A stretch of DNA of 64,000 nucleotides, from positions 1 to 64,000 of the forward strand of contig QPGO01000099.1 in NCBI GenBank assembly GCA_008632985.1, written 5' to 3'. This document shows, piece by piece, positions 13,310-26,300 of this stretch. The notes under the pieces are model-generated. The model was not told the DNA's origin. It worked only from the letters and a program-made list of their open reading frames with translations, and did no database searches. This DNA is from Psammoneis japonica (lineage: Eukaryota). How positions within the stretch are numbered: the stretch's first letter is position 1; the number at the start of each line of letters is the position of its first letter. Position numbers and translations under genes: made by a program.

Positions 13310-14419
13310 CCTCATTGCAAATGGCACCACCCTCTCTTCCACCTCCAGAGGCAACTGCGGCAATCGCACGACGATGCACAATCGTCTCTGGAAGGGTGGC
13401 GACTTTGGCAGCAAGATGATTGGCCGCCGTGGTGAATGTGATGCCTCCTCCAAACTCATTCTGTGCCTTCAAGGTCTCAACTGCTGCTTGCAGTGATTGG
13501 TGCTGCGTCTTCTCAAAGAGGATCCGCAACTTCTGGGCCTCCGTTTTTGGTTCTTTGTTCTCCTCAAAAATGTTGAACATTTCTTGGAGCTCGTTTGCAA
13601 AAGACTCAAACGGCACAGCGCGTTCACTCTTGTGATGGAGGGTGTTCTCCATGCACTCGGCTTCCGAGATGCGGTGGGAGGTGTTGCCTTCTCCCTGGCA
13701 ATGGTCGCACAACGCCCTAAAGTCGACTCGTCCGTTCTGTTCATTCTTGTGGTCCTTCAACCATTGCTCGCTGGGTGTGCCCGTGGTCAGGGACTCGACA
13801 AGTAGATGAACCGTACGAGCGTCAGCCTCGAAAGCTGGGCCTTGGAGGGGTGCACATGCAGTGCACTTCTGGACGAAAGCATTGTGGCCTTGAGGTTGGG
13901 TGCATCGTTTTGACGAATGCAACATGCCAACGGCACGCCAGAAACTCCCAGCATGATGCCAAGCATGTTCGTCAAGCCGGTGCACCACTTGACCCAATCC
14001 TTTTTGCTCTCTAACATTCCGGGCGACGCCTCTTTGCTGAGAGAGTCAGCAGCAGTCTTGGTCTGGGAACGGATCTTGGCACGACTGAGTGCCGTCTGGA
14101 GAGCAGCACGGAAAGTGGCCTGATCAAGCCCATCCAGAGCAGGATTCTCACCCACGCGACCGAAGTCCTGCACCCAATGGATGAGAGCTTTGAGTCGACG
14201 ACTGCGGGCCAAACCAAAATGAATGCGCCCTTCAGCAACCGTCCTCCTGGTGCACGAAGACGCAAGAGAATCAATGTCCTCTTCCTTGAGGTCTTCTAAA
14301 TCGTCAAAAGACGCAAAGTCCGCCATGAGTGGGACTCGTTGAGCTGGATCAACAAATCCGATCCATTCGAGTGCTGTCTCGACAGGATCCGGAGGAGCAG
14401 CCGCCATGGTGGCACCCAT
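13310..14419 (-). pseudogene. Copia (CoDi-type) gag, N-terminal part, inverted relative to pol; frameshifted
   Basis: ALEWIGF...RRLKALIHWVQDFGR...GVSGVPLACCIR...ALCDHCQGEG...FTTAANHLAA resembles diatom Copia Gag. It ends at GGAICNE, and the continuation DGSIDTG lies on the + strand at 14924. Confidence 0.8.
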
Positions 14420-14683
14420 GCCAGCAGGAAAACAGAGTCATGTGAGAAATCATAAATTCAAAAGGATGTCTCAGTTTGTGTTGACGACAACACACAGCCA
14501 TCAGAAGCATGGAGACTGGCCATGTCTCCTCACTGCTCGTGCATTCACTGATGCCAGGTGATGACAATCATCGTGCACCCTTCGATCGACCAGCATTCGT
14601 CGTCATGACCCTGCCACAATGGTGCGACCATCTCTTTGCAGTTGTTCAATGCTTTTTGTCAAACCAAACTTGAGTCAACGACT

Positions 14684-14695
14684 TGGCTCTGACAA
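14684..14695 (-). promoter_or_regulatory. Primer-binding site (tRNA-iMet-like), TpA-converted
   Basis: The minus strand reads ttgtcagagcca just after the LTR, versus canonical Copia (tgg)tatcagagcca. Confidence 0.6.
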
Positions 14696-14697
14696 AG

Positions 14698-14920
14698 CGA
14701 GTAAATCTAGCTGCCGAACAGGCTCAGCCACTCACAGTCTTAGCACGACAACGCGAACACAACCGACAAGATGCTTCTAGGCCTGTTGCAACTACAACGG
14801 ATGCAACAAGTGAAACCATTCTGTGGTCACCCGGCATTTTGGTCCGCGCACCAGTCACAGTTTCCCCACAGCATTTCCTGGAGCACACCAAACAGTTCCT
14901 GATGCATCGGATTTTGCTCG
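14698..14920 (-). mobile_element. 5' LTR of the Copia element (inverted)
   Basis: ~223 bp reverse-complement match to 19737-19958, followed on the minus strand by the PBS and gag. Confidence 0.9.
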
Positions 14921-17900
14921 GGGGATGGATCCATTGACACTGGATGCCACAAAAATTGGCACCAGTTGAGCAAGGAGGACAAACAGAAGGTTGTCGACGA
15001 GCGCGTGCGTCTGGGTGTTGCCAAACAACCTAAATCAACCAAATGCCGTGCTGCATCCGTCAAGTTGCTCAAGAAGAATAATCGGAAGCTGTCGTCGCAG
15101 CTTGAAGAAGCGAACCGCAAAATCTCCGCCCTGAACACTAACGCCAGTGCCGATTCTGGCGATGATGACTCAAGGGCTGGTGGCAAAGACGGAGACAATG
15201 CCGGAGATGCATTCGGTGGTCACAGCGAAAAGCGCCAAGGAAAGCAGAAATGACTGCCAAGCTGGACCCTGCTTGGTTGCATCACAAACTTCTTGTTGTG
15301 GTTGCTGCAATGGGGTGGGGGACAGCTGCATCGATCAAAGGAGCAGCATCCACGTGCCTGTGGCAAACGCATCTGTGAGGTTGTTGCCTCGACAAGACGT
15401 GTCTCGGCAACGCGGTCTGACACCACACGAATCACCCACATCAGCGACATGAGCAAGGTGCAGCATGGGCGTCTTGAAATGGACTTGCATGCTGACACCA
15501 CTGTTTTTGGTCAAAACTTTACCCTCTTGGGTTGTTCTGGACGAGAATGTGACGCATCGCATTTTAACGAGGGACACGAGTCCATCAAGAGTGTCCCAAT
15601 TGTCTCGGCAGCCACGGCGTGGACTTCACCGACATCGGGAGCAACTTTTATTCTGGTCTTCCACGAGGGCTTGTGGATGCCGGAGTCCATGGAGCACTCG
15701 CTGGTCAACCCAAACCAGCTGCGGCACTTTGGTGTTAAGGTTCAGGACAACCCCTGCTCCGATTCGCCACTGTGTGTCCTTGCTGAGGATGGATCTTTCA
15801 TGATGCCGCTTGAAGCTGTGGGGACCAATGTCGTTGCGGCAACTCGCACTCCTGCAGAGCAGGAATTGCACGAATGCCCCAAGATCCAGATGACCTCCCA
15901 ACAACCTTGGGATCCACAGACCGTCAAGTTCAAATCTGTTGGAACTCGACGATCTGCGGAGGAGGAAATGGAGCTAGTTCGGTCAATTGCGACGATCCAC
16001 ACCAATCTGACACACAAGTTCAAAGCTTATCCTGCCTGCAGCAACCCTCAATCGGGGACTGTTGTGATGAGCGATTCATTTGTGGAGTCGATCAAGTCCA
16101 ATCAAGGCTCACAGCTGCCGTCAATGTGGAAATGGAGCCAACAGTCCAGATCTCTGCCACGGAAACAATCGGCGAAGGACCTGAAGACTTGGCACTCCCG
16201 AAGATGTTCATGTCTGAGGAGAGACACAGTGATGTGTCGGCTGCTGACTCAAGTGAACGATGGTGCATGGGACTCAAGCAAGCAGCAAGCACGCTCAAGA
16301 AGACTGCACAAAAGCTCATCAGGTCAGCGTTGATGCCTGTGGGTCGACGCTGTCGGGCCGATCGGATGTTCACGAAGCCTGGGTTACGGGGTGAATGGGC
16401 AACCGACACAGCAGACGGCAAAGTGGTTTCGCTGGAGGGCAATCGATATGCCCAGATCTTTGCAAACAAGCAATGCTTGCTGCGATCTATCCCATGGACA
16501 AGAAGAGCAAGGCTGGCGAGGCTCTCAAGATGTTTTGCCAGGAATTTGGCGTGCCAGAGAAACTCCTGATGGACGGATCTAAGGAGCAAACAAAACCTGG
16601 CATGGAGTTCATGAAGACCGTGCGCAAGGAGGGCATAGATTGTCGTGTCATCGAACCTGATCGACACAACCAGAATCCTGCAGAACGAGTTGTGCGCGAG
16701 GTCAGACGCAAGTGGTTCCGTGTCATGGTCAAGAAGCAAGTGCCGCGGCGACTGTGGGACTGCGGATTCACGTGGACATGTGAGACCATGTCTCGCACGT
16801 TCCTTCGAGCACATCATTTGGATGCAGGAGCACCACTGGAGAACGTTCTCGGAGAGACCGTGGACATCTCGGAGTGCCTCGACTTTGGATTTTATGATTG
16901 GGTCTGGCACAGGGAGAATGCCGGTCTGGGGGACGAGAAGCTTGGTGGGTGGCTTGGTGCACCTCACAGAACAGGGAGTCTCATGTCGCACTGCATTCTG
17001 ACACAGACAGGCAGTGTCATTTCGAGAACTTCCGTCCAACGAGTCACCAATTTGGAAGCCGCCACTCAAGAGAAAAAGGCAGAGTTCAACAGTTTTGACG
17101 AGGAGATCAAGCGACGGTTGAAGGAGCAAGATTTCCCCGATGACAAGGATCGCAAGATCAGTCCCGAAGACTGGAAAGACTGCCTTGGATATGACGATGA
17201 ATTCCTTGATGAGCATGATCGTGTCACATCCTCAGAGGAGGCAGCAAATGACGACGACGACAAGAAAAACGAGGAAGCCTCGCCGGAGGCGGCAGACTGG
17301 GGATGCATTGGCATGGAGGTTGCGCTTCCACGAGATGATGATGGTCCTGAGTTTGCTCGTGTCATGAAGAGGTTGAGAGATGCCAATGGTGTTCCGACAG
17401 GAACGGCTGATGACAATCCCATCCTTGATGCAAGGATGCATGAGGCAGAGCACCCTGATGGGCACCATGCTGTGCTCTCTGCTAACTCCATCGCCATGAA
17501 CATGTTTGCTCAGATCGACGAGGACGGAAACCGGCACGTCTCATTCGATGAGATCGTTGATTGCCGCACCAACGGGGACGTTCCTGAATCCGAATTCTTT
17601 GAGACCGAGCAAGGCGTTCGGAAGAGGCGCAAGACTGCCAAAGAATGGGAACTTTTGTTCCAATGGAAGGATGGAAGTGCGACTTGGATCGACTTGAAGA
17701 TTGCGAAGGAGAGCTTCCCAGTCCAAGTTGCCAAGATCGCCATTCAGCGCAAGATCTCGGGTGAGGCAGCGTTTGCTTGGTGGGTTCCTCATGTCATGAA
17801 AACCCGCAAGCGTTCCATTGCGAAGGTCAAGTCAAAGCACTGGCTACGAACACACAAATTTGGCACGCGGATCCCGAAGAGTGTCAGAGGCGATCCAGAT

Positions 17901-19552
17901 CGATCACGCAAATGGCAACACGCTATGGTGGGACGCCATTTGCACGGAGATGAAGAATGTGCGGGTTGCTTTTGACAAGTGTGAAGGGGAGCTTAAGGAC
18001 ATGGCGCCTGGTTTCCAGGAAGTGAAGTGCCACATGATTTTTGACATCAAGTTGGGAGAAAACTTCCGCCGCAAAGCTCGCATGGTGGCTGGAGGCCACA
18101 CCACTGAAACCCCCGCACACATCACTTGCTCCTCTGTCGTCTCTCGGGATTCGGCGAGAATTGCACTGACGCTTGCTGCGCTCAATGACTTGCAAGTCTT
18201 TGCGTGTGACATCCAGAACGCCTGCCTTGCTGCCCCTTGCAGGGAGAAGATTTGGACCAGAGCAGGGTCCGAGTTTGGCAAAGATTAAGGTTGCATCATG
18301 ATTGTGGTCAGGGCCCCACATGGATTGAAGAGCTCCGGAGCAGCGTTCAGGGCTTTTCCAGCGGAGACGCTTTATGATCTAGGGTGCAAACCGAGCAAGG
18401 CTGGTCCGGATGCATGGATGAGACCTGCGGTGAAACCCGACGGATTCGAGTGCCACGAACACGTTCCAGTTTATGTGGACGACGTGCTGTCGATTAGTCA
18501 CAAACCCATGAAGACAATGGATGGCATCAGGTCCAAGTTCAAGCTCAAGGGTGACAAGGCAGCCGAACCGGATTCCTGCCTCGGTGCTGCGCTTTCCAAG
18601 ATGACTTTAGCCGATGGGACCACCTGTTGGGCAATGTCTGCGGAGAAGTGCTGCAAGTCCGCTGTCCAAAATGTGGAGGACAGGCTTGGCAAGGAGGGGA
18701 AACTTCTGCCTGGCAAGGCGACAACCCCATTGAGCAGTGGATGCAAACCCGAGTTAGATGCCACTGGCGAGTTGGACACTGAAGGACTTCACCATTGTCA
18801 AGAGCTGATTGGTGTGCTGGTTTGGGCGGCAGAACTCGGTGGAGTGGACATCCATTTGGAGGTTTCGTTGATGTCTGCTCACCTCGCTCTCCCTCGCATT
18901 GGTCATCTGGAACAGGCATTGCACATCTTTGCATGCCTCAAACAGGTCCCAAAGCGCCAAGCAGCATTTGATCCGGCTCATCCCAGGATCGATGAATCGC
19001 GATTCGTGAAGCACGACTGGCGCGACTTCTGCCGAGATGCAAGAGAAGCCATTCCGACAAATGCACCACCAGCTCGAGGCAATGCAGCATCGACACATTG
19101 TTTTGTGGATGCCAACCATGCCGGAAATGTTGCCGATCGCCGCAGCCATACAGGCATCTTGATGTTCATGTTAACCGGGCACCCATTGTGTGGCACTCGA
19201 AGTGTCAGAATGCCGTGGAGGCTGGCACATTTGGAGCAGAGATCGTTGCACTCAAGAATGCCATCGAGCTCGCAGAGAGTCTACGACACAAGCTTCGAAT
19301 GTTTGGAGCACCGATCGAAGGGCCAACAAATGTCTTCTGTGACAATGAGGCCGTCCACAAGAATTGCTCCATTCCTGAGTCTACACTCAAGAAGAAGCAT
19401 CACTCCATTGCGTGTCACCGTAACCGCGAAGCTGTTGCTGCGGGGACTGTTGGGATTGCAAAGGGGGAACAGAGACAAACCTCAGCGATCTGTTCACGAA
19501 GGTTGTGTTGTCTGTCAGGCGAAATTTTCTGTTAGACAAGTTCGCGCATTGA
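14921..19552 (+). pseudogene. Copia gag C-terminus + pol (protease, integrase, RT, RNase H), decayed
   Basis: PR: LEMDLHADT. IN: ATDT..MDGSKEQ..QNPAERVVRE. RT: CHMIFDIK..RKARMVAGGH, DIQNACL, HGLKSSG, YVDD. RH: FVDANHAG, FGAEIVA, FCDNEAV, KKKHHSIACH. PR-IN-RT-RH order; several frameshifts and a stop at 18286-18288. Confidence 0.95.
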
Positions 19553-19728
19553 GATGGATGTGTGAAGCGGTGGTGAGTTTCTTCCCCAGTGAGGGTTTGC
19601 ACCATGCACAAAGGATTGGCGGCTTTTCCCTGGCAAGGGTTTTACGCCGATCAATGAGTCAAGATGTTTGAGCCAGATCACTGACACAGCATTGGGTTGA
19701 ATTGTGCCTTACGAGTCAGGTGCATTTC

Positions 19729-19736
19729 GAGGGGAC
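19729..19736 (+). promoter_or_regulatory. Polypurine tract
   Basis: gaggggac immediately before the 3' LTR. Confidence 0.65.
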
Positions 19737-19958
19737 CGAGCAAAATCCGATGCATCAGGAACTGTTTGGTGTGCTCTGGGAAATGCTGTGGGGAAACTGT
19801 GACTGGTGCACAGACCAAAATGCCGATGACCACAGAATGGTTTGACTTGTTGCATCCGTTGTAGTTGCAACAGGCCCAGAAGCATCTCATCGGTTGCATT
19901 CGCGTTGTCGCACTAAGACTGTGAGTGGCTGAGCCCATTCGGCAGCTAGATTTACTCG
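19737..19958 (+). mobile_element. 3' LTR of the Copia element
   Basis: 222 bp, follows the PPT, short terminal inverted repeat cgagcaaa...tttactcg, matches 14698-14920. Confidence 0.9.
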
Positions 19959-20368
19959 CTCCAGTGCTTCAGCCCTTGCAGCACAGACAAGGTTTTGCGA
20001 TGGGTGTCTTCAGCAAGACAAAACATGCACTCGCAATCACCTCCCTTGCCTCCCCATGCCGCCAGAATCCCAACCTTGGAGCCCACATCCAACTTGTCTT
20101 CTACAAACTTGCAAAATCTTGGCCAAACCAACTCCATTTTGTCAGCATTGGCCATGCGGGGATCAGTGAGCTTGAGTTTGTGCGACTCCTGGGAGGCCCT
20201 CTCCATCTCGTCGGTCCACTTGGTTCCTTCTGGAGGCTTGATGCACTCGTCAAATTTGCCGAGTGCAGACTTGTCATTTGGATCTGCTGCAACAGCTGAG
20301 AGCTGCAGCGTGCCACACTTCTTCCCTCCATGCTCCACATCAACATGAAAAAGCACACATCGTCCTGC
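19959..20368 (-). pseudogene. Second, inverted copy of the truncated DEDDh exonuclease domain
   Basis: ORF 19952-20356 is nearly identical to the 12905-13309 translation. Confidence 0.55.
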
Positions 20369-23300
20369 TGCAATGCACAGCCGCTGATGAGAGTCAGTGC
20401 ATCACGGCAACGTGTTGCAGCCTTTAAATGTCACAAAGGGCGTGACAAAAACAACCTTTTGTCTGCATGCATCCTGCGTTGTGAATTCACAGCGGAGTGG
20501 TTCATCGCAACCATCAGGCAGGAGGCCAGGGGTTCGAAACCCTGAGTGGGAGTTGTCTGCAGCAACGTTGATCACTGTCGAACGCGCAAAACTCTGTGCA
20601 AATCTGTGTGTCCCTTCGCACGTACCAACACTGTTCCTCCAAAACTGTGCAGTGTCAGCAGACGTTGGTAAAGAGCCGCATGGATGCGCGACACATGGGA
20701 AGGAGTGCAACACACAGCTGCCAATGAGAGTCAATGCATCACGGCGACGTGTTGCAGCCTTTGAATGTCACAAAGGGTGTGACAAAAACAACCTTTTGTC
20801 TGCATGCACACTGCACTGCAATCCAGTCATCATGGGTCACAGAATTTGTTTGACGAGGCGCTCTCCGAGCTGGCGCCGGCACGTCATCAGGTGGTTCAGC
20901 AGGTCAGAGGCCAAGGGAGCAATGCCGGACTCCAAATCAGCGTCCTCCATGGATGCATCATCGGAGCTGAACGCAAGCATGGAGATGTCCATTGTGTCCA
21001 TGACATTGCCGATGCTCATGTTGCCAACACCGCAAAAGACGGTTGTCTCGCACTGAAAAGAAAAAAAACAACAGCAAAAAGAGCAAGGGCAAGCTGAGGG
21101 AATGTCGAATGGGAAAAAGGACACTCTGATGCAACAGAACAACAGCACTGTGTCACATTCTTGCCGATTTGTTTGCTGTTCCACCAGATTCTGCCAGCAG
21201 GATGCCGAAAACAATTGACACCATGTCAGTCGGTCGCGCCTGTCATGATGCAAGAAATGCCGACACGACAGCAGGTGAGACACGATGTGAAAAAACAACG
21301 CCAAGGCAACAACAAACCAAACCAAGCCATCACAGCGCACCTTGCCGTGTTGACAATCACCCCGCATGGCGTTGGGGTGCTGTCTGTTGCAATGGCTTGG
21401 AACCGCGACGTTCCATTTGTTGTGTTGTTGATGGTGGCCCCGTTTCAATGCACGCAAAAAAAAATTCGCGCGTGTCGCTGTGGCAAACAAAGAGTTAAAA
21501 CAAGACAATGACATTTCCTGCAAATTGCCAGATGCAACACATCTTGCCAACACTTTTCGTGGAGACGAGCAAGATCAAAAAGTGCTCATGTCACAAGGAC
21601 AAAATTGTCTTGTCTGAAGACACTTTGAAAAAATTGGTGACAGATTGGCGCACAATGCGTGCCCACTTCACACTGAAAAAAAATGAAAGTCTTGCAACAC
21701 CCGCGCAGTTGCAGTGTAAAATCTGCAAGGCAAGACACAAACAAGCAATGTCACTCTCAAAAGACATTTGGAAATTAAAGCGGCCCTGTGTGGCCCACAC
21801 AAAACAACAACAGTCATTGCCAGCGGCACAATGCAGTCAACGTGGAGACAACATTGATGCTGTCAATGTCTGTTGAACAACTCAACTTGACAAATGACTC
21901 CAATGTTTGTTCTCACATTTTCCACTTTTTGCACTTTGTTCTGGTTTCCTTTGCGCTTGTTCTTTGAGCAAAGTGCACCACAGCAGGTGTTTGAAAGGTT
22001 CCTTTGCACTGAGTGATGTTTTTGATGTATCCCAGAGAAACAGATTGATGTTGAGTTCAGGATGCCTTGCAAAGTGCAATGTGTTTTTGCCAAAAATGAG
22101 CACATTGCATTGTGCACACACACCACAGAAGGTGAAATGGTGCTGAACTTGTTGGCGCCATTGGGTTTTGTCATTCAGTGCACAACATGCGTGATCACAG
22201 CCACAACTTGCTGCAGCAACTGTGGTCTTCCCAGGGCCAGCTGGTGACAAATTGACTTTTGCAGCTGAGTTTGCGTCCAGTGCTGTGAAAGCTGTTGTTG
22301 GCAAGTGAGCTGAAGCTCAAGAAGGCCTTGAGGGAACGGAGCAAAGAGACAGAACACACGGTCAATTTGGGCTTGCCTTGAGAGAACATTGCAGCTGGAA
22401 ACAAAATGCAACGTCTCACATTCAGCCAGCAAGCCAGTCATTCAGTTGGCGGGTTGGCTGGTCGGTTGGTTGGCTGATCGGCTGGTTGGTTGCCCACCGA
22501 CCCACCGACCTGCCCAGCCGCCGACCCGCCAACCCGCCGACCCGCCGACCGGCCAACCTGCCAACCCGCCAACCTGCCAACCAACCGACCCACCAACCCG
22601 CCAACCCACTGACCAACCAACCAGCCGCACATGACCCAAATCGTGCACAAAAACGACATTTGCGCGATTTTTGCGCGGTCTCTGACTTTCAAATGGTTTT
22701 TCACCACCAAAAGCACAGATTCGCACAAGTTCTGATGTTTTGGACTTCAATCTTTTGCAGTTGGAAAATTTTCTTTCAAATGGATGCTGCCAAAGCCTGT
22801 GATGGGAGAGGGTTCTCACGCATTGCAGAACTGCATCAGAGTTTTCACGGTGAGATCCACTGGTTCTTCCCACACTCATTTGTCCAAGGAACTTTTCAAA
22901 AGGATTTCAAACCTGTTGAGAAGAAGATTGAGTGGGTTGCATTATTTTTGTTTGGATGCATTGCTGTGGCTGTCACTTGATTGGATTCAATGGAGCAACA
23001 ATGTGGTCCAAGGGCCGCTGGTCCTGTTGTTGACTCCATTCACAGCGCCACATTTTCAATGTGTTTGGCACTCAGCTGGAAAATGTTGGTGTCGAAGAGT
23101 TCACTGACATTCTTCATGGGGCAATTGCTGAGCCCCATCTCATTTCTTCATTGCTGGACAATGAGTCATGTCTCTTGGTTGGTTGGTTGGTTGGCTGGTT
23201 GGTTGGTTGGTTGGTTGGTTGGTTGGCTGGCTGGCTGGTTGGTGGGTTGGTTGCTTGGTTGGCATGTCGGTGGGTCAGCGGGCTGGCAGGTTGGTGGGTT

Positions 23301-26300
23301 GGCGGGTCGGCAGGTCAGAAAGGTCGGCGGGTCGGTGGGTCGGCGGGTCAGTGGGTCAACGCATTGCAGCCCCAGGTGGGAGCTCGCAGCACTGACGTGT
23401 GACACAAACAATTTTTGTCATCCATCGCATGTTTTTTGCGCGTGCATTTCTGCATGTGACATTTCAAAAAAATTGTCCAGACTCGCTGTTTTGCAAAGCC
23501 CCAGACGTTTTACATGACAAATTTATAAAAACAACAATGCACCAGTTGCATTCTTCAATGTCTGAAGAATGTGCCCAGCCAAGCAATGAATGATGTTCTT
23601 CAATCATGGGCAAGTTTGTGCGTTCGCAAAACTGCCTCATTTTCTGTTGGCGATCATCGACATTTTCATTGCCCAATGATTTTACTGTGGAGCTCGCACG
23701 AAGAATTCTGCAGGCCCGATGTCACACGGATTCCAACCTGCGTCTGGAACGCGTCGGTCTTTGGGTCAGCGCTGAAGTTCCCTTCCATCCCATGCCCTGA
23801 TTGTCCTTGTCAGTGACGGGCTCCAGTCCTGGTGGGATGTTTTGTGACACTCGGCCCGCAGAATTCTGTGTGCGAGCTCTGCAGTGCAAGAATTTCATTG
23901 ATGGACATTTTCATCTTCAAGTGCATTTGTGGCTGTCCACACTCAAAGTTTTTTGGCAATCTGCCTGCCCTGCGCCATTCTCAATGCATTTGCAAATGAT
24001 GCAGAAGAAAAAAATGTCAAAAACTGTTGAACGGATCACCCAGCAATTGCACTGCAAAATGATGCACAGTTCCACCAAAGTCACATTGAAATGCATGTGC
24101 ACAACACACAGCACAATCATCCAAAAAAATGTTGATGTCACAGTTCAGCAGTGCAAGGTCCCGTCCAGAGCTAGAGCGCATCCTCTGAACCTTTTTTGAG
24201 CCTTAGAAGTGATCAAAGTGGCTGAACCTTCATCGCCAACCAACTGACCAACCAACCAACCAACCCACCAACCAACCAACCCACCAACCAACCAACCAAC
24301 CAGCCAACCAACCAGCCGACCAGCCAACCAGCCGACCAGCCAACCCGCCAACTGAATGACTGGCTTGCTGGCTGAATGTGAGACGTTGCATTTTGTTGCC
24401 AGCTGCAACATTCTCTCAAGGCAAGCCCAAATTGACTGTGTGTTCTGCCTCTTTGCTCCATTCCCTCAAGGCCTTCTTGAGCCACAGCTTGCTTGCCAAC
24501 AACAGCTTTCACAGCACTGAATGCAAACTCTGCTGCGACAGTCAATTTGTTGCCAGCTGGCCCTGGGAAGACCACAGTTGCTGCAGCAAGTTGTGGCTGT
24601 GATCACGCATGTTGTGCACTGAATGACAAGACCCAATGGCGCCAACAAGTTCAGCACCATTTCACCTTCTGTGGTGTGTGTGCACAATGCACTGTGCTCA
24701 AAGAACAAGTGCAAACAAAAGCAGAGCAAAGCACCACAATTTCAAATCACAAGATTGAAATTTGCTCTTTGATTTTTGGTTTCTCTGAATGAGTTCTCAG
24801 TGGCCTGAAGCTTCTGCGCTGCTTCCACAGACAAAAGGCTCATCAGGGAACATGATCGTGACAACAGACAGTCCGAGTGCATTGGCATTGATGCACGAGA
24901 TGCCAGCATTGTCTGTCAATTGCATTTGCAAAACAATGCCACCCTTGAAGCCAACGGCTGCTCTTCTTTTGTTTTGCACTTGTCAGATCCTCTCTGAAGT
25001 GTCCTTTTTGCCTTGCTGTGGTCTTCATCTGTGCCAGCAAGCTTCATTTCTGTGTTTCATTTCTCTCTTTCATCTTTTGCAGACATTTTGCAACAGCCAA
25101 GTTTGCGCTGGCATTTTGTCCCCATTTCCCCCTTCCCACTTCCTTTTCCTTTCTTGGGCTTGAATTCCTTTCAGCCTTGCTTTTCAGCCTTTGCCCGCTG
25201 CCCATCACCTGAACCCCAAACCTGTCCATGTGTGCTGTCTGGGTGTGGCAAAGGTTGTGGGTCATGAGCCCAAATGGGCAGGGTCCTTTTTGTTGTCTTG
25301 TCCGTGCACACCGTGTGTGTGTGACATGCCATCAACTGGTTTTTGGTGTTTTGCAGGCCTTGGCAAAAACACCTTGCACTTTGCAAGGCATCCTGAACTC
25401 AACATCCATCTCTTTCTCTGGGACACGTCAAAACATTGCTCAGTGCAAAGGAACCTTTCAAACATCTGCTCTGGTGCACTGTGCTCAAAGAACAAGCGCA
25501 AAGAAAAGCAAAACAAAGTGCAAAAAGTGGAAAATGTGAGATTGAATTTTGCTCTGTGATTTTTTGTTTCCCGGAATGAGCCCTCAATGGCCTGAAGCTT
25601 CTGCACTGCTTCCGCAGACAAAAGGCCTTTTGGAGAATGTGGTCGTGACAACAGACAGTCCAAACACCGCTGGCACTGATGCATGAAATGGCAACATTGT
25701 CCGTCAATTGCCTCCCCCAATTGAACATTGGAGTCATTTGTCAAGTTGAGTTGTTCAACAGACATTGACAGCATCAATGTTGTCTCCACATTGGCTGCAT
25801 TGTGCCGCCGGCAATGACTGTTGTTGGTTTGTGTGGGCCGCACAGGGCTGCTCCAATTTCCAAATGTCTTTTGAGAGCGACATTGTTTGTTTGTGTCTTG
25901 CCTTGCACATTTTGCACTGCAGCTGCGCGGGTGTTGCAAGACTGTCTTTTTTTCCAGTGTGAAGTGGGCATGCATTGTGCGCCAATCTGTCACCAATTTT
26001 TTCAAAGGGTCTTCAGACAAGACAATTTTGTCCTTGTGACATGATCACTTTTTGATCTTGCTTGCCTCCACAAAAAGTTTTGGCAAGATGTGTTGCATCT
26101 GGCAATTTGGAGGAAATGTCATTGTCTTGTTTTAAAGGCAGGACTTTGTTGCAGGATTTTAAAAGGCTCAATTTTCTTCACAGCAAGTTGGCTGAATGCT
26201 TCTGCGACAACGTTCACCATGCCCTCGTTGTGTGCTGCATCAATTTGCCCACCCATGACTCTGTTTGTTGTGTCTTGTGAACCACGCACATGTCAGTGTG

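Noticed and set aside
14921..19552. ADAR-type RNA editing or RT error before integration
   Set aside because: Both A>G and T>C occur on the same strand, the two LTRs differ reciprocally, and DNA elements and a host gene are also affected.
14921..19552. Alternative genetic code (Tyr reassigned)
   Set aside because: Neighbouring genes use TAT/TAC normally, and non-coding TA sites are converted too.
13310..19958. Classical fungal RIP or CpG decay as the sole cause of TE degeneration
   Set aside because: RIP enriches TpA, whereas it is lost here. CpG decay is present (DSHADT -> DLHADT, tcg -> ttg; probable CGA -> TGA at 30349) but cannot turn Tyr codons into His/Cys.
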